A stretch of 64,000 nt of DNA from Sedimentisphaerales bacterium (GCA_963663965.2 CAXXFK010000011.1:128001-192000); one strand, 5' to 3'. Shown: positions 10,301 through 22,892, numbered from the stretch's first letter. The notes: generated from the letters alone by a model not told the origin. Translations and numbers: made by a program.

Positions 10301-13300
10301 TTCTGGATGAAATCGGTTTACCCGACGGCAATCTATATCGGATGGATAGCGGTTACGATAAGAAGAACCAGAGCAAGACCCAGATTAAAAACAACTCTGA
10401 TGTCTCCAGTTTTATCAGCAGTACCACCGGCTATAATAAAACGAATCCCTACCAGCCTCTGGACTGGTGGCAGGTGAACACCGATCTGGCTACCTATTAT
10501 AGTTCAAGGTCTGTCGGTATCGCTTGTAACGATTCCGACCGCCGTCCCGAAGCCAATTGCATTTATTACAGCAATCCAGAAACCGGACGCTGGATGATGC
10601 TGCCCTGGGATCTGGATCTGATGTTCGAATGGGGCACCCATTACACCGACTGGGAACACTGGTCCTACGTGCTCAGTTACCCGGATATCAGTATTGCCTA
10701 TAAAAATCGAGCCCGCGAGCTGATGGATCTGCTCTTTAATGCCGATCAGGCCGGTCAGGTTGTCGAAGAACTCGCTGCCATAATCAGCGCGGAGGAATTA
10801 TCACGTTCCTTTATCGAAGCCGAACGTGCCATGTGGGATTATCACCCTCGTATCAATCGTAAAGGTCAATGGTACGAAAACAATGAATTCCTTGTCACCA
10901 AGAACTGGCAGGGCATGGTCAATTATTACAAAACCTTCCTCACTCCCGAAGGATTCGATAATGGCTATACCTACGGTGTGAAATCCCTGATAGCCGATTC
11001 TGCCGATTCCAATATTCCTCTCACCCCGACGATCTCCTATCAGGGCGCTGGCGGTTTCCCGGTCAACGACCTGCGTTTTCAGACCAGTTCGTTTATGGAT
11101 CCTCAAGGTTCACAGTCTTTTGCCGCCATGAAATGGCGAATCGCCGAAGTCGCACCCTATACCAAAACGCCTCTGCCAGATCTGGACACCGGCCAGACAA
11201 CTGAACCCACCGTACAGACTTTGCTGGGTCAGCAACAGATCTGGAAATATTTTAAAGGCAAGACAGAACCCTCAGACCCTGTCGAAAACTGGCGTCAGCC
11301 AGACTTTAATGATAATGACTGGTTAAACGGCCGGACCTCTATCGGCATAGGCGACCAGGATGACAACACCTACTTGTTCGACATGCGTAATAAATACTTT
11401 ACTGTTTATCTCCGCAATACCTTCACCGCCACGGATATCGATCGCATCGAACAACTCACCCTGCAGGTCTATGTGGATGATGGCTGTATCGTCTGGATCA
11501 ACGGCCACGAAGTCGCGCGTCCTTATTGCCCGGATGGCGACATCCCCTTCGATCAGGCCATCGCCTCCAATCACGAAGCGGATTACGAAAACAACGCTTA
11601 TGAAATATGGACATTGCCCGCTCCCTATGACTATCTGGTAGAAGGGGTCAACACCATCGCCGTGCAGGCGGTTCAATCCAGCGAGACCAGCAGTGATTTC
11701 TCCATCGATATCGGGCTGATCGCGCAAAAGGCCGCTCAGACCGGCCCGCAACCTTACATTGAAAAGTCTTATGCCTACCGGGTTCAAAAAGGCAAGTACG
11801 AAATTGATCCCATCTGGGAAAGCGGCGAGATTACCTCGTTCAGCAGTTCGGCGAAAATACCCGGTAGCGTGGTGAAACCGGGTAAAACCTACCGGGTACG
11901 ATGCCGGATGAAAGATAATACCGGTCGCTGGAGCCACTGGTCCCAACCCGTCGAATTCACCGCCGGGGCGGCCCTGGGCCAGAACGTACTCGATTCTCTC
12001 CGGATAACAGAAATCATGTACCATCCCGCCGAAGATGAAATTGGCCGCTATGACAGTGATGAATACGAATATATCGAACTGAAGAACATTGGCACAACGG
12101 CCATCGACATCAGCGCGGTTTCATTTACGAATGGAATTGAATTCAATTTTGCCAGCGCGCCCCAATCATTGCAAACGCTGAATCCCGGACTTTATCTTCT
12201 GGTGGTGAAAAATCAGGCCGCTTTTGAATCGCGTTACGGCGCCGATGCTTCCGGAAGAATCGCGGGGGAATATGATGGCAAACTCTCCAACTCAGGCGAA
12301 TCGATTCACCTGGAAGATTACTGGAATGGGACTATCGTTGAATTCAGTTTCAATGATGGCCTGGGTTGGCCCGCCACTCCTGACGGTGGCGGACACTCGC
12401 TGGTAGTCAAAGATATGGCGATAGAAGATGAACCGCTGGGTACCCTGGATTATGGCGGCAACTGGCGAGCCAGTGCGTATCGCCACGGATCTCCCGCGGC
12501 GGAGGATCCCGAACCGGCAGTCTCAATTGTTTTAAATGAAATCGTTGCCCATACCGACTACAGTGATCCGGCCTACCCGCAGTATGATTCCAACGATAAA
12601 ATTGAAATTTTCAATACTACCCAATCCCAATGGTCCCCGGGCAACGACTGGTATCTGACAGATGATTTGGGCAATCTAAAGAAATGGCGCATTCCCGACC
12701 TGCAACTGGCCGGCGGCGCCCACATCGTCTTTGATGAGGTATCCGGTTTTCATAACCCCATTACCGAAGGTTTTGGCCTGGATAAAAGTGGAGAACTGGT
12801 TGCTTTGTCCTATTTACCCGGCAATGCAAGCGATCGGATCGTTGACTGTGTCCGGTTTGTCGGCCAGGAAAATGGCGTGGCGCTGGGCCGCTATCCGGAC
12901 GGGGGTGATTTCTGGTTCGCCATGACGCCCACCCCGGGGACATTCAATTCCCTGCCCAATCATGATTTAGTCATATCAGAACTCATGTACCATCCGCTCG
13001 AAGGATCTGACAACGATGAATATATTGAAATTTACAACCCAACCGGCTCGGTAATCAATCTGTTTAATGACATGGGAGCCTGGCATCTGGACAATGCGGT
13101 TTCTTACCTGTTTCCCTCCAACCTCTCGTTAGCTCCCGACCAGCGAATTATCGTCGTTCCTTTCGATCCGGCCGATACAGCCCTCCTGACAGCGTTCGAA
13201 ACCGCATACGGCATCGCTCCACTCACCCCCCAAGTGAATGTATTCGGCCCGTATGATGGCAATTTATCCAACGGCGGTGAACGCCTGGCGCTGGAACGTC

Positions 13301-13494
13301 CCCTCGCCCCGGATAACCCGGATGATCCAACCATCTGGGTATGCGTCGATGAAGTGAATTATGGTGATTACGCGCCCTGGCCAGGCCTTGCGGATGGTTT
13401 CGGCCAGGCGCTCGAACGAATTTCAACCCAGCCGGAAGCCGGCGGTAACGATCCGGCGAACTGGCAGGCCATCAATCCCAACCCCGGGTTATAG
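7378..13494 (+). CDS. Giant secreted CotH-family kinase with lamin-tail domains and an internal dockerin-like pair (CotH-1)
   Basis: Signal peptide; YYWRVD modules; [28 protein letters not shown] starts [31 protein letters not shown]. CotH motifs [42 protein letters not shown]. Confidence 0.9.
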   Translation: MNKPWLVLFGLMIVLLNWNVSSGDLFVPPLSNNSFEDNILTAGATTYTYDDWHDIDGWIVHATGVNGNEIPFAPDGNNWAALLGNGINNNRSLFYQQIGTWSANLNCEIIFWVGKSAGLSSFPIRVALWSGGNALQAADGVAPTTIGATMIDSITLTPDFNGQDIATLEIHLLLNSGTSGIETDPLWLEFKSLGTISSNRLYVDNVQIRDAVLAYNPEPFNNASRINPTVTLDWTEPQVPGATFDLYFGADPQIESNPRFSDIQPPYQLPTLNYNTGYYWRVDTVTESRTIQGDSWTFRTGGIVSDPSPADEEENVSLADKNLVWTGDSWATSYKIYTGTQLPLDFLAEVTEPYYQDFSTPYELTTYYWRVDEYLNGELTASGNTWRFTTRKRMSACPLGDLSGDCIVNLPDIVLFAQQWLAPPGCNGYEASCADLVNADGVNLYDAAALQKNWLRRAESRISINEIHYNPDLKTDLVEFVELYNAGPFDQDLSGWYFSDGIEFSFPSGTIIPADHYLVIAEDAYAAYAPITISQKYGADPAIVLGPFTGSLNNEGERIALSDASGQLIDEVDYQLGFPWPTVGDAVPDIEPGGSGHSIQLIHPELDNNLAGSWRSAYPTPGDLNVKVYTENIPPHIRQVKHSPQSPESGQIVTITAKVTDPDGVKQVNLLYQLNDPGNYIPITLPNLSSSTPTLSNSAYEAAANWVTLAMHDDGINGDVTANDGTYTVLLPAAIQVHRRLVRYRIAVSDDTGLSLRVPYPDDPQPNFAYFVYDGVPAWSGAINPAGSAPLNQVQYFNEAVMRSLPVYHLLARETDVLTCQYNGSWDDTQYHFGGTLVYDGEVYDNIHYRIRGQASTFNWGKNKWKFDFNRGHYFQARDDYGKKYQEKWDKMNVGMGGCPWWQYPHPGSWDQGAGGLLLNETLAYRLYNMAGVPASQTNYFQFRIIDGAAETSSNQYEGDYWGLYLTIQNADGIFLDEIGLPDGNLYRMDSGYDKKNQSKTQIKNNSDVSSFISSTTGYNKTNPYQPLDWWQVNTDLATYYSSRSVGIACNDSDRRPEANCIYYSNPETGRWMMLPWDLDLMFEWGTHYTDWEHWSYVLSYPDISIAYKNRARELMDLLFNADQAGQVVEELAAIISAEELSRSFIEAERAMWDYHPRINRKGQWYENNEFLVTKNWQGMVNYYKTFLTPEGFDNGYTYGVKSLIADSADSNIPLTPTISYQGAGGFPVNDLRFQTSSFMDPQGSQSFAAMKWRIAEVAPYTKTPLPDLDTGQTTEPTVQTLLGQQQIWKYFKGKTEPSDPVENWRQPDFNDNDWLNGRTSIGIGDQDDNTYLFDMRNKYFTVYLRNTFTATDIDRIEQLTLQVYVDDGCIVWINGHEVARPYCPDGDIPFDQAIASNHEADYENNAYEIWTLPAPYDYLVEGVNTIAVQAVQSSETSSDFSIDIGLIAQKAAQTGPQPYIEKSYAYRVQKGKYEIDPIWESGEITSFSSSAKIPGSVVKPGKTYRVRCRMKDNTGRWSHWSQPVEFTAGAALGQNVLDSLRITEIMYHPAEDEIGRYDSDEYEYIELKNIGTTAIDISAVSFTNGIEFNFASAPQSLQTLNPGLYLLVVKNQAAFESRYGADASGRIAGEYDGKLSNSGESIHLEDYWNGTIVEFSFNDGLGWPATPDGGGHSLVVKDMAIEDEPLGTLDYGGNWRASAYRHGSPAAEDPEPAVSIVLNEIVAHTDYSDPAYPQYDSNDKIEIFNTTQSQWSPGNDWYLTDDLGNLKKWRIPDLQLAGGAHIVFDEVSGFHNPITEGFGLDKSGELVALSYLPGNASDRIVDCVRFVGQENGVALGRYPDGGDFWFAMTPTPGTFNSLPNHDLVISELMYHPLEGSDNDEYIEIYNPTGSVINLFNDMGAWHLDNAVSYLFPSNLSLAPDQRIIVVPFDPADTALLTAFETAYGIAPLTPQVNVFGPYDGNLSNGGERLALERPLAPDNPDDPTIWVCVDEVNYGDYAPWPGLADGFGQALERISTQPEAGGNDPANWQAINPNPGL

Positions 13495-13643
13495 GCCGAC
13501 AGAACCGGTTTCCAAAAGACTTGTCCTGTTTGTTTGTGCACCGATAGCCATAATGATTTCACTCTGGTCATTGCCTGATGATCCCGATCGGATCATCAGG
13601 TCTCACTTGGTTTTATCCTTCAGTTGACATGTCGCAGCCCGCC

Positions 13644-16600
13644 TCACGGCCAGATGGCTTTTACTGAAAATTCTCCCGGCGCCCCTACTCCTGACAGAAC
13701 TTCCTTGACCGAGATTTTCCCAATAGCAGTCGCCGCGTAAAGCCCATAAGGATCACCACCGCCACCCTGCCAGGCTTGTCCTATGGCTACCGATTTGATT
13801 ACTCCCCCGGCTTCGCTCAAATGCTGATTGGCTGTATTTCCGGCAAGAATATCCGTGACCGAAATGGATGCTCCCAGCGAAACAGGTTCAATACCTGCCA
13901 GAGCAAAACTGCCATCGAATGTTCCGGTCTTGCCCGTTTTTATCGATTTCAACTGAACCTGTTCCGTTTCATTCAGAACTTCATCACCGGTTCCGGGTAT
14001 CGCGTCCGCCCCGATATCATAACCGCACAATAACAGACTGTCGATGATATCCGTTTTCGACTGGACTGCCTGCATATGCCGGCCGCTGGATATCAGGCTG
14101 TCCTGAACGGACTGGGCCGATATTTTTCCAATATCCAGGCCCGCGCGCAATACCGCGTTTTCCACTGAACCGGCTTTGGTAGCCAGTTTCTTGATGCTGC
14201 CTTCGGCATTGACAATGCCCCGGATGGAGCCATAAACACTCACGGAACCGATATCTCCTGAACGGGCTACCAGATCGCCGGCCAGGTCGCCGCTTTTAAT
14301 GGCAACCGATTTGATCGAGTCCGCGCTGATCTGACCACCGGCCATAGAGGCCGTTTGCAGTTTCTTTAAATCATCATGCAATTCAATCTGAACGCCTTCT
14401 CCAATCCGTTCGGCAGTTAACGAAACGCCCTTTATCGCTGATCCGACGTAAATCCCGGCGAAATCATCAATGACTCCCAGTGATATGGCGCCGAGATTCC
14501 CCGTAACATGGATCGTTCCGGCCAGATCGGCCTGTTTGGCATTCAAGCTCTTTAAACCCACACCATTAATATCGCCCAGAACAAGACGATCATCGCCTCC
14601 TTTGGCTTTGATCGACATCGAAGCGGCCTGACAATCCTCATCCAGCAGTTCAATCGATGCCAACTGAGCCCGGCCGCTTACGACTAATACCTTTTTAATC
14701 AGTTGATAGGAAAGGTCTTGACCAGTAAAACTGAAGGCAGCGGCTCCCTTGCTCAATTTAATATCAATCTCTGTATCATCCAGATCGGTGTATCGAACCG
14801 ATTTGGCCATGCCGGGCTCCAGTTCAACCGTGAATTGCTCAACACCGGCATCGGCGCAAACCACTTCACCGGCCCGGTTGTCATCATCCCACACCTGCGC
14901 CAGAAACGATAATTGACCGGCCGGCAATACTCCCGTATCCACCGTCATAATCAATCCATCTGCCAGGGTATTATCGCTGCCCAGGAACAAATCGGATTCG
15001 TCCGGAAAACCGTTGCCATTACTGTCCAGATAAAAATCTGCTTTCTGAACTACCCCGTCCGGATCGCCATATTCGGTCAAAGCCAGGGTTACCGGCTCGC
15101 CATGAATGACGGTCTGTGGTTCAATGGATAAAACGCCGCCCGTTGGCGCCTGATTTAAACGGAGGCTGGTTCCGGCAGGTTGACTCTGATTGCCTTGAGC
15201 ATCCTCTGCGACGGCCCAGAATGTGATGATGCCTTCCGGATAGGATGTCACGGTCATGATCCATGACCAGCCATCCGCGGAATTGGCATCCACACCTGAA
15301 AGTGTATCCAGACCGGAATCAAATCGGCCATTCCGATTGCTATCGTAATAGAATCGAACGGCGTTCATTTGATTTTCCGGATCGCTGACGCCAACCGCGC
15401 TGAGTGTGATGGTATCGCCAGGATTGATAACCGCCTGATCAACGGCTAAACCGCCGGTAACCGGGGGTTGATTATCATTAATTTGTGCGGTGACTGACAC
15501 CACCGGACTGTATGCGCCGCTATCATCCTGAGCCCGGGCAAAGAATCGCTGATTTCCGCTTCCCAGACCAGCCGTTGCAACCGTCCAGCGCCACCCATCG
15601 CTGCCATCGCTATCAGTGCCCAGCAGCAAATCATTGCTGTCGTAGCTGCCATTGGTATTGCTGTCTAAATAGAATAATACCGCATTCAGACCCCCCTCTG
15701 GATCGCTCACCTGATCCGCTACCAGTACGATCGGATCGGGCTTGACGGTCTGATCGGGGGTGGCGGTTAATGATCCAATAACAGGCGGCATATTGGCCGC
15801 AACCACCGTCAGAGTGACACTGACAACATTACTCCATTCACTTTCATTATCCAGCGCCCTGGCCAGTATCCGGTTATTCCCAATCGCCAATCCCTCGGTA
15901 GTTCCGCTCCAGGTCCAGCCATTGGCGCTGTTGTAATCCCGTCCCAGCAGCAAATCATTCGAATCGATTTGCAGATTCTGGTTGGTATCCAGATAAAATT
16001 CACATCGAATCACGGCGCCATCGGCATCACTCACGTTATTGGCCGTGATGGCCCAATTGCTGCCTTCCGTGACCGGATTGGGGATCGCGAATATCGATCC
16101 TATGGTTGGCGCCCGGTTCGGCGCTTTGATGATCATTTCTGTGGAGATGGCGCTGCTGTCTTTACCGTCATTGTCTCTGGCTACCGCAAAAAATCGATTG
16201 CTCCCATTATATAATCCACTGGCAATGCCATCCCACTGCCAGCCATCACTGCCATCGGTATCCTGTCCCAGCTGGTCATCCTGACTGTCCAGCCGGCCAT
16301 TACTGTTACTGTCATGATAGAATACGATCTGTGCGATCGAACCATCGGAATCGGCCGCACTGCTGACTATCAGACCAAACGCCTCTCCAAGCATGACCGG
16401 ATTGGGTTGACCGGTCAGCGAATCTATCTGAGGTGATGCGTTCAAAACCTGACCGCCAATCCAGTTGGCCGGATCATTGCCATACCCCATCATCGCAACG
16501 CGGATCAGGGCCGTGCCATCCCCATCCGGTCCTTCCGGCCAGGGCGACCTGTCATCGTAATTGGCCCGGTCCACCCGGATGTATTCCCGGATCCCATCCG

Positions 16601-18077
16601 GGGTTAATTCATCCACTGGCATCCCCAGTTCCAGACGCTCTCCCTTGTTGCTTAACGAGGTCTGGTTAGCAAACGGCCCCAGAATCTGGGGATTGTCCGT
16701 TGGGGTGCCATAGACGGAATTAAATACTGCCGGATCCTGGGCGACTATTAAACGCCCGCCTGCGGGTATCGTCGTGTTTAATGGAAAGACATATTCGATG
16801 CCGTCGGTAAACTGCCAGGGAATCCAGGCTTTCGCGTTGCTGTCATAGACTTGTAACGTCACGTCCTGATCGGTCACATTGAATAATTCGATATATTCGG
16901 CGCCGGCCTGATCGTTAACCGGATGATACATGATCTCGCTGAAGACAATCGGACCGGCCAGCGGAGCGGCATTTTCGCCGCCCGGGGTATTGACACTCAT
17001 CGCGACAAAATTATAGGTGTCGGTCGATTTTTCATAACGTCCGAATGAGACGCCGCTGATGGACGCGGCAAAATCTTTCTCTTCAAACAGACCGGTTAAC
17101 TCGATATTGTCATCATCGTCAATCTGACCTCCCGACGACAGGATCACGACGTCCCCGTATTCACTTAGTCCGAACGGTTCCAGCGCTCCCGGATCGGATG
17201 CGGCGTATCCGAAATGCTCCATCTGGTTGAAAACCAGATAGCCATGGGCGGGAATGATGGTTCCCTCGGCAATCTGATATTTTTTTAATTCAGCCAGATC
17301 GTCACTTAAAAACCAGTTGCCGACATCCACGGGATTGGCGCTGAGATTATGCAGTTCGATCCAGTCGCCATTGACCTCATCGGAATGAGCCAGGACCTCA
17401 TTGACAACCACCGGACGTTCCAGGACATCCGCCCGGCCCGGGGTACCGTACCTTTCCGAGGAAGGACGCCAGCTGTCACGGTCATCATGATCGTCGATCG
17501 ACATGCCGGTTGGATTTTCCAGGGTCAGTGAAAAGACACCCTTGTCGGTAATTGGGTACCAGACATCGTAAATAGGATCCCCATTTTTATCGACCATGTC
17601 ATTCCCCGCCTCATCGGTCAAGACCGGATTATATGTCATATCGATTACCGTTAGATAACCATCCGGACTTGAGCTGTTTGGCACCTCGATCTTGATCCGC
17701 TCATCCATGCTGCTCAATCCGCTGTCAAGTGAACCGGGAGCAACGGTCACACCGGAAAGATCGTAGCGTAATGCCAGCGCCGCGGCATTGCGGGCGACCA
17801 CCATATAAGCGTTCGGTGCCAGCGATTGGTTGCCGAAAGTATATCCGGTCCCTTCGCTGATCTTTACGTTTTTCAGCGAAATGGTGGTGGTGCCGCCATT
17901 ATAGAACTCGATATATTCGAAATCCTGGGAAGTATAGCCCTGATTATTGTCGACCGGATCCGGGTTATACATAATCTCACTGATGCGCAAACCATCATAA
18001 GCGGAAAGTAAAAGGCGTTTTTCCAGGTTCTCCAGGAAAAGGGCGTTACGATGGTTTTTACGTTGTGCGTCTCTCAT
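13644..18077 (-). CDS. LEPR-XLL-type extracellular protein with three LTDs, five Ig-like repeats and a C-terminal Gly/Ile-rich beta-repeat region
   Basis: N-terminal LENLEKRLLLS. LTD starts ISEIMYNP, VNEVLAH, FSEIMYHP. Five ~108-aa repeats N.xP...V..G...D.xG....FY.DxN.N...D. No CotH catalytic motifs. Confidence 0.8.
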   Translation of the reverse strand: MRDAQRKNHRNALFLENLEKRLLLSAYDGLRISEIMYNPDPVDNNQGYTSQDFEYIEFYNGGTTTISLKNVKISEGTGYTFGNQSLAPNAYMVVARNAAALALRYDLSGVTVAPGSLDSGLSSMDERIKIEVPNSSSPDGYLTVIDMTYNPVLTDEAGNDMVDKNGDPIYDVWYPITDKGVFSLTLENPTGMSIDDHDDRDSWRPSSERYGTPGRADVLERPVVVNEVLAHSDEVNGDWIELHNLSANPVDVGNWFLSDDLAELKKYQIAEGTIIPAHGYLVFNQMEHFGYAASDPGALEPFGLSEYGDVVILSSGGQIDDDDNIELTGLFEEKDFAASISGVSFGRYEKSTDTYNFVAMSVNTPGGENAAPLAGPIVFSEIMYHPVNDQAGAEYIELFNVTDQDVTLQVYDSNAKAWIPWQFTDGIEYVFPLNTTIPAGGRLIVAQDPAVFNSVYGTPTDNPQILGPFANQTSLSNKGERLELGMPVDELTPDGIREYIRVDRANYDDRSPWPEGPDGDGTALIRVAMMGYGNDPANWIGGQVLNASPQIDSLTGQPNPVMLGEAFGLIVSSAADSDGSIAQIVFYHDSNSNGRLDSQDDQLGQDTDGSDGWQWDGIASGLYNGSNRFFAVARDNDGKDSSAISTEMIIKAPNRAPTIGSIFAIPNPVTEGSNWAITANNVSDADGAVIRCEFYLDTNQNLQIDSNDLLLGRDYNSANGWTWSGTTEGLAIGNNRILARALDNESEWSNVVSVTLTVVAANMPPVIGSLTATPDQTVKPDPIVLVADQVSDPEGGLNAVLFYLDSNTNGSYDSNDLLLGTDSDGSDGWRWTVATAGLGSGNQRFFARAQDDSGAYSPVVSVTAQINDNQPPVTGGLAVDQAVINPGDTITLSAVGVSDPENQMNAVRFYYDSNRNGRFDSGLDTLSGVDANSADGWSWIMTVTSYPEGIITFWAVAEDAQGNQSQPAGTSLRLNQAPTGGVLSIEPQTVIHGEPVTLALTEYGDPDGVVQKADFYLDSNGNGFPDESDLFLGSDNTLADGLIMTVDTGVLPAGQLSFLAQVWDDDNRAGEVVCADAGVEQFTVELEPGMAKSVRYTDLDDTEIDIKLSKGAAAFSFTGQDLSYQLIKKVLVVSGRAQLASIELLDEDCQAASMSIKAKGGDDRLVLGDINGVGLKSLNAKQADLAGTIHVTGNLGAISLGVIDDFAGIYVGSAIKGVSLTAERIGEGVQIELHDDLKKLQTASMAGGQISADSIKSVAIKSGDLAGDLVARSGDIGSVSVYGSIRGIVNAEGSIKKLATKAGSVENAVLRAGLDIGKISAQSVQDSLISSGRHMQAVQSKTDIIDSLLLCGYDIGADAIPGTGDEVLNETEQVQLKSIKTGKTGTFDGSFALAGIEPVSLGASISVTDILAGNTANQHLSEAGGVIKSVAIGQAWQGGGGDPYGLYAATAIGKISVKEVLSGVGAPGEFSVKAIWP

Positions 18078-18122
18078 ACTGTTCTCCAGTGCCTCCTGTA
18101 AACAAATTCATACTTAACCGGC

Positions 18123-19832
18123 TCAACCCTGGTTGGATAACGGATTCTCCCTGGAACCGACACGAATCTCCGGTTCGCCATCGGCATGAATCCACAGCAA
18201 TTCGGTATCTCTTAAAAAATTCAATTCGGCGGTAGCGTAATCCGCCAATGCGGCGGCGTAAGCGTTTTGAGCCTGCAGGTAATCCTTCTGAGCGTCCAGC
18301 ACATCACGCGTACTGGCCCGTCTGTACTGTAATAATAACGAGGTATTTTCCAGCCGCTTGTTCGCCAGAGTCTGTGCCTGCTTTTGCAGTTCATAACGTT
18401 CCCGGGCTTCCTGCATATCGCGCCAGGCCTGTCTGATGCCCGCTGAGATCGCTTCTCTCAGCAATTGATCCTGACGCTCGGCTTGAGATAAGGCGATAAT
18501 CGTCCGCTTATAATCGTGTGACTCCCAGGTTCGATCCAGGCCCAGGTCGGACCGTAACGACAATTCATAACGATCCTGTGCCGGATCGATCTCACTCGAA
18601 TCGGTGTCCAGTATGGCCCGATTTTGATGTCGGGCGGGTTCTAACCGGCCGGTTATCGCCAGATCGGCTTTCAATGCGTCCGCGGCAATCTCGACCTGAC
18701 GCCGTGCGTCATCTACCCGGTCTTCACTGCTGGCCAGATCCAACCGTTGCTGCAATGCCAGTTCCACCGCGGCTTTTTCATCGGTGGGCCAACTGGGATT
18801 GCTGGCCAGAGCCCGGATGAACGGAGCCTGTAATTCGATCCTCAGCTCCGTCTCCTGAGGAATCAATAATCGCACTTTAAACTGGTCCAGAGCATTATCG
18901 TATTCGTTGATCGTCCCGATCAAAAGGGTTTCCGCCTTGATGACATCCTGACTGGCCTGTTCCAGTTCGTATCGCGACAATCGGCCCACCTGGCTCAAAT
19001 CCAGCATGGATCGATAGATTCGCTGCAACTGTTCATAGTTCGCCCTGGCATTTTGAGCCTGCCAGGCCAGTTGGGCCAGTTGCCAGTAATCCGTGGCGGT
19101 CGACACGCAAAAACTCTTGCGAAACCGGATAAAATCGCGCAGCGCGTATACCGTATCCCGCTGAGCCTGGGTCAGCGGTTCCATAACCACTTTTCTCGAT
19201 CCGCCGCGCAAAAGCGGTTGAGTCACCGACGCGTGAAAGATCGAGGTTAATCCCGATCGAAAATCGCCGGTCAATATATCGAAATAACCCAGGGTGAAAT
19301 TCGATGACAGCGTTGCTCCTGTCGAGAGCAGTTGGTTAAACCCGGCGGTCGCTTGTCCTCCGGCAATTTCATCGGACCCTTCTTTATGATAACCGGCAAT
19401 CCCTCCGGCAAAGGGATGGAGGGTATAAAAATGCTGGACATCCGCTTGATTCAATCCCGCCAGATAGAGCTGCTCGCAGGCGGTTCGGTAATCATGACTG
19501 TTCAGCATCCCCAGCTGGATCGCCTGTTCCAGATTTATTGTACCCGCTTGACGGATGGTTTCCAGTAACACCACCGCTTCCGGATCCATCTCATTGGGGT
19601 CGGTTTGGGTAAGTTTCGCCAGATTGCCCAGATCAGGATCCCAGTTTGAATCCAGAATTTGATGAACCCGCTGGTCGGTTTGTCGCTCGGCGCGGATGGG
19701 ATCAACACCACATCCTGCCAGGACCAGCAGGCAACCCATCACCAGCAGGATGATCGGTATGGAATGGCGGCAACAGCTCTTTTTAAACAGAATAGCCATA
19801 CGTTCGTATTCCCTGACAATCAGACCCATCAA
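18123..19832 (-). CDS. TolC-family outer membrane efflux lipoprotein
   Basis: Lipobox LAGC; SVTQPLLRGG; ALQQRLDL; DVLDAQKDYLQAQNAY (OEP-type helices). Its start overlaps the HlyD stop codon. Confidence 0.88.
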   Translation of the reverse strand: MMGLIVREYERMAILFKKSCCRHSIPIILLVMGCLLVLAGCGVDPIRAERQTDQRVHQILDSNWDPDLGNLAKLTQTDPNEMDPEAVVLLETIRQAGTINLEQAIQLGMLNSHDYRTACEQLYLAGLNQADVQHFYTLHPFAGGIAGYHKEGSDEIAGGQATAGFNQLLSTGATLSSNFTLGYFDILTGDFRSGLTSIFHASVTQPLLRGGSRKVVMEPLTQAQRDTVYALRDFIRFRKSFCVSTATDYWQLAQLAWQAQNARANYEQLQRIYRSMLDLSQVGRLSRYELEQASQDVIKAETLLIGTINEYDNALDQFKVRLLIPQETELRIELQAPFIRALASNPSWPTDEKAAVELALQQRLDLASSEDRVDDARRQVEIAADALKADLAITGRLEPARHQNRAILDTDSSEIDPAQDRYELSLRSDLGLDRTWESHDYKRTIIALSQAERQDQLLREAISAGIRQAWRDMQEARERYELQKQAQTLANKRLENTSLLLQYRRASTRDVLDAQKDYLQAQNAYAAALADYATAELNFLRDTELLWIHADGEPEIRVGSRENPLSNQG

Positions 19833-20980
19833 TGGGGCATGACGCCGCGAACCCCCACAATTTCATTGCTCAGCAGACTGATGCCATCCGGCACCAGAAT
19901 ACGGACGGGACGCCCCCATTCCGGCACCGTCGGATGCCGCCACATTTGTTGAGGAATTGGTTCGATGGTCGAACTGATTGCCTCGACTTTTGTTTGGATC
20001 CGCATCCGCGGCTGATTATTCCGCATGATCTCAATTTCCTGATTCTCCATAATCAGATCGGATTGGGATGGATCCAGCCAGACCACGACGCAATCCGCCT
20101 GAGGACGGCTTAGCGTCAGCATCGCTGAGCCACCCATGATCGCCTGGCCTTCCTGGCATACGATGTCTGTTACCACGCCATCAAACGGCGCCTTGACGAC
20201 AATCTCGCTGACCGGCAGAAACAACTCGGCCAGACGATGGGTTTGCACCTCAATCGCCCGCGAAAATGGCTCCAGCATAATCTGGAGTTTGCGGGTATCA
20301 TTCTCATTCTCTGGCAGTTGCGCCAGCCGCTCCCGGGCGGCCTGTAGATCCTGTTCGATCTGATCCAGCAACGCTTGTTGCTGCGTTACTTTCACGGCCA
20401 TCTGTTCATAGGCCTGCGAGGCTTTTTCTACTTCGTAGGGCTCAACCGCATCACGGGCCAGCAATTGCTCCAGTATCGTTTTTTCCAGCTTCAGACTTTC
20501 CAGCTCGATCCGGTCTGGTTCCAGATCGGTCTTGACCGTCAATGCCGCCAGGCGCGCCTTCTCAATATCAAGGGTTAAATCCGCCAGCCGGCGCGCCCGT
20601 TCACTGGCCTGCATTTCATAGGATTCCAGCAGGTCTTCCCGGGCGGCATTCAATTCCGCTTCCAACCGTTTTAATTCCGCCTGGGCGGTCGCGCGTTGCG
20701 CATCAAACAAGGCTTTGGTATATTCATGGTCCTGATGGATTCCCTGCTCGGCCACAACCAGTACGTCTCCCCGGCTGACTTTCTGGTAAAGTTGCACCGG
20801 TAGTCGGGCCACCGTAACATCAGCCACGCAACTTGCCAGATAGACCTGCGATCGCGCCAGACCGGCCACGGAGTAAGACTGACTCCGTTGCATGTACAAC
20901 CAGATCACAGCGCCCACCGCGATCAACCAGACTAACGGCGGTAAAACTGCATTAAAAGCCTTTCCTTTGGTTTGCCTCAT
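19829..20980 (-). CDS. HlyD-family membrane fusion / periplasmic adaptor protein
   Basis: N-terminal TM; lipoyl half-motifs VQLYQKVSRGDVL and VKAPFDGVV..EGQ; long coiled coil. Confidence 0.88.
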   Translation of the reverse strand: MRQTKGKAFNAVLPPLVWLIAVGAVIWLYMQRSQSYSVAGLARSQVYLASCVADVTVARLPVQLYQKVSRGDVLVVAEQGIHQDHEYTKALFDAQRATAQAELKRLEAELNAAREDLLESYEMQASERARRLADLTLDIEKARLAALTVKTDLEPDRIELESLKLEKTILEQLLARDAVEPYEVEKASQAYEQMAVKVTQQQALLDQIEQDLQAARERLAQLPENENDTRKLQIMLEPFSRAIEVQTHRLAELFLPVSEIVVKAPFDGVVTDIVCQEGQAIMGGSAMLTLSRPQADCVVVWLDPSQSDLIMENQEIEIMRNNQPRMRIQTKVEAISSTIEPIPQQMWRHPTVPEWGRPVRILVPDGISLLSNEIVGVRGVMPH

Positions 20981-20993
20981 CGATCAGAACTCC

Positions 20994-21689
20994 TTACATC
21001 TCTAGAAGCTGTTCCTGCATAGTCAGGCTGACATTTTGCACGCCCTTCAACTGGCGAATAGCGGCCAGTAACTTTTCATTCTTTGCACTGTTACGCAACG
21101 ATAACTGGTAGGAATAATGAATCTGATTCTCTCCTAATCCTCCTGAATTGGAAGACACCAGGGTAAAACCACGGCAGAATTGAGTCAGAATCGATAACGC
21201 CGGATGGGTGTCGTCCAGGGGATCCATGCTGGTAAAATGCAACATCGCGTTACCCGGATGACTCATGCCAAAATCGGCAACATACAAATACAACAGAACC
21301 AGATATAAACCGATACTGCCGGTGATTGCCAGAGCGTATCGCCCTGATCCACAGGCCATTCCTATTACCAGCGAACAAAACAAAAAGGTGATATCACGCG
21401 TATCTTTAATCACATTACGAAAACGGATCAACGATAATGCGCCCATCAACCCAACGGCAATCACAAAGCTGCCCGCGATCGTCCGCATAACCAGCGAAAC
21501 AATGATCGTCATAATGATCAGCGATTGAACAAACGTTTTGGAGTACGACAAGCTGATATGGGTAAAATAATAGATCCACGCCAGAGCCTGTCCCAGAACA
21601 AATGCCAGTAAAAAGGATATTGCCGCCGACCAGATATCCAAATCGCCGCCGGCGGAATAACCATCAAGTATATGCCAGAATTGTTCCAT
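20994..21689 (-). CDS. DUF4956 family membrane protein
   Basis: Hallmark AVGLMGALSLIRFRNVIKDTRDITFLF..LVIGMACG; several TM helices and a soluble C-terminal domain. Confidence 0.9.
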   Translation of the reverse strand: MEQFWHILDGYSAGGDLDIWSAAISFLLAFVLGQALAWIYYFTHISLSYSKTFVQSLIIMTIIVSLVMRTIAGSFVIAVGLMGALSLIRFRNVIKDTRDITFLFCSLVIGMACGSGRYALAITGSIGLYLVLLYLYVADFGMSHPGNAMLHFTSMDPLDDTHPALSILTQFCRGFTLVSSNSGGLGENQIHYSYQLSLRNSAKNEKLLAAIRQLKGVQNVSLTMQEQLLEM

Positions 21690-21764
21690 GATATTTTTCG
21701 CTATTATTGATAGTATAAAAGGTTGGATGAATGTTAAGGCGCAGGGAAGCCTCTTTTTCAGGGC

Positions 21765-22677
21765 TTAATGGAGGCTCAATGGATGAAATAAGCCTAAGGA
21801 TGTCAAATGACGTACCGTAGTACAATATTTCGACATGGATTGCCGGTTCAAATTAAAATACTGGACCATGTGATGAACCCAGGCCGGAAAATGCTCCGAA
21901 AATTTGATTTCCAGCACGACAAAGCTGATGGGCAGCTCTGTCCATCCTGCTCCGTTCATGGTAAAGGTTGGATTGCCTATCGATCGGCAACTGATTTTCC
22001 GATCGAATGTAATACGCACTCGTGACTCGCCCTCACACTCGAACGCTTCGCGCTGATATCGCACCAAGGCGATGGGATGGGCTCGAAGTGAGGAACTGTA
22101 ATGATAAAATTGCCGCAAAACGGACAAGTCTTTTTCGGATTTCGCCCCAGACATATCCCCTTTTAAAACGGATTGGATCTGATGTTTGGCAACGGCTACG
22201 CGGCTCTTATACACAATCCGATTGAGTTTCCGCTTGATTTCAAAAAATACCGGGGTACTCGGATTGTCATCGTAGCCGCGTATTCCGCAACTTGAAACGA
22301 TTGCACTTGTCTTGAAACGTCTCACGGAATAAATTCATTTCGCTGGAATCAAGATAAATGCTGCATATGCCGTATTGACCCGAGGGTTGCCTCGCCGTAT
22401 AGATATCCGGCTGCATGTAATGCAGGAGATAGGACCGCACCGAATAAGCCAATGTCTCCGGGATTCGATATTTCAACTCATAACGCCGCGCCAGCATACC
22501 GCCTTGATTCAGATTCACGCTGGCAGCCTGCACGACCCTCAAAGGGGTTATGCCAGACTCCAACGCCTTTATCTCGCGTGCAGTTGCTTCGTCGCTAATT
22601 AAAGGGGTGGTTTGTTTCGTAGCAGGGGGACTCTCTAACGAAACAAGGCTATCATGCTTGGTTCCAGTGACACTCAT
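21765..22677 (-). CDS. VTC-domain (polyphosphate polymerase-like, CYTH fold) protein, split by a +1 frameshift near 22283
   Basis: RRYELKYRI, SIYLDS and RFKLR lie in one frame; IRGY, FFEIKRK, YQREAF, RITFD, VLEIKF and SKYC lie in the next. Deleting one A from CGG-AATA-CGC restores KLRIRGYDD. Confidence 0.88.
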
Positions 22678-22892
22678 GATTGTTTATGATGAAATTTTCA
22701 GGATTGTATAATGATCATTTATTATGGATTAAATAAATATGAACACTATTAGCTTATTGCACTATTTCCCATTTCTACAATCTTATTCTAACACTCTCCT
22801 AACATGTTTTCAACATAAATTTAATGCTTTTCGAACTTTAAGTGCCCGATAATATACAAGTTTACATACTTTGTATCAAATATAACGGCTCA

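Noticed and set aside
22267..22325. Programmed frameshift in the VTC gene
   Set aside because: No slippery heptamer at the junction, and similar single-base indels hit neighbouring genes.
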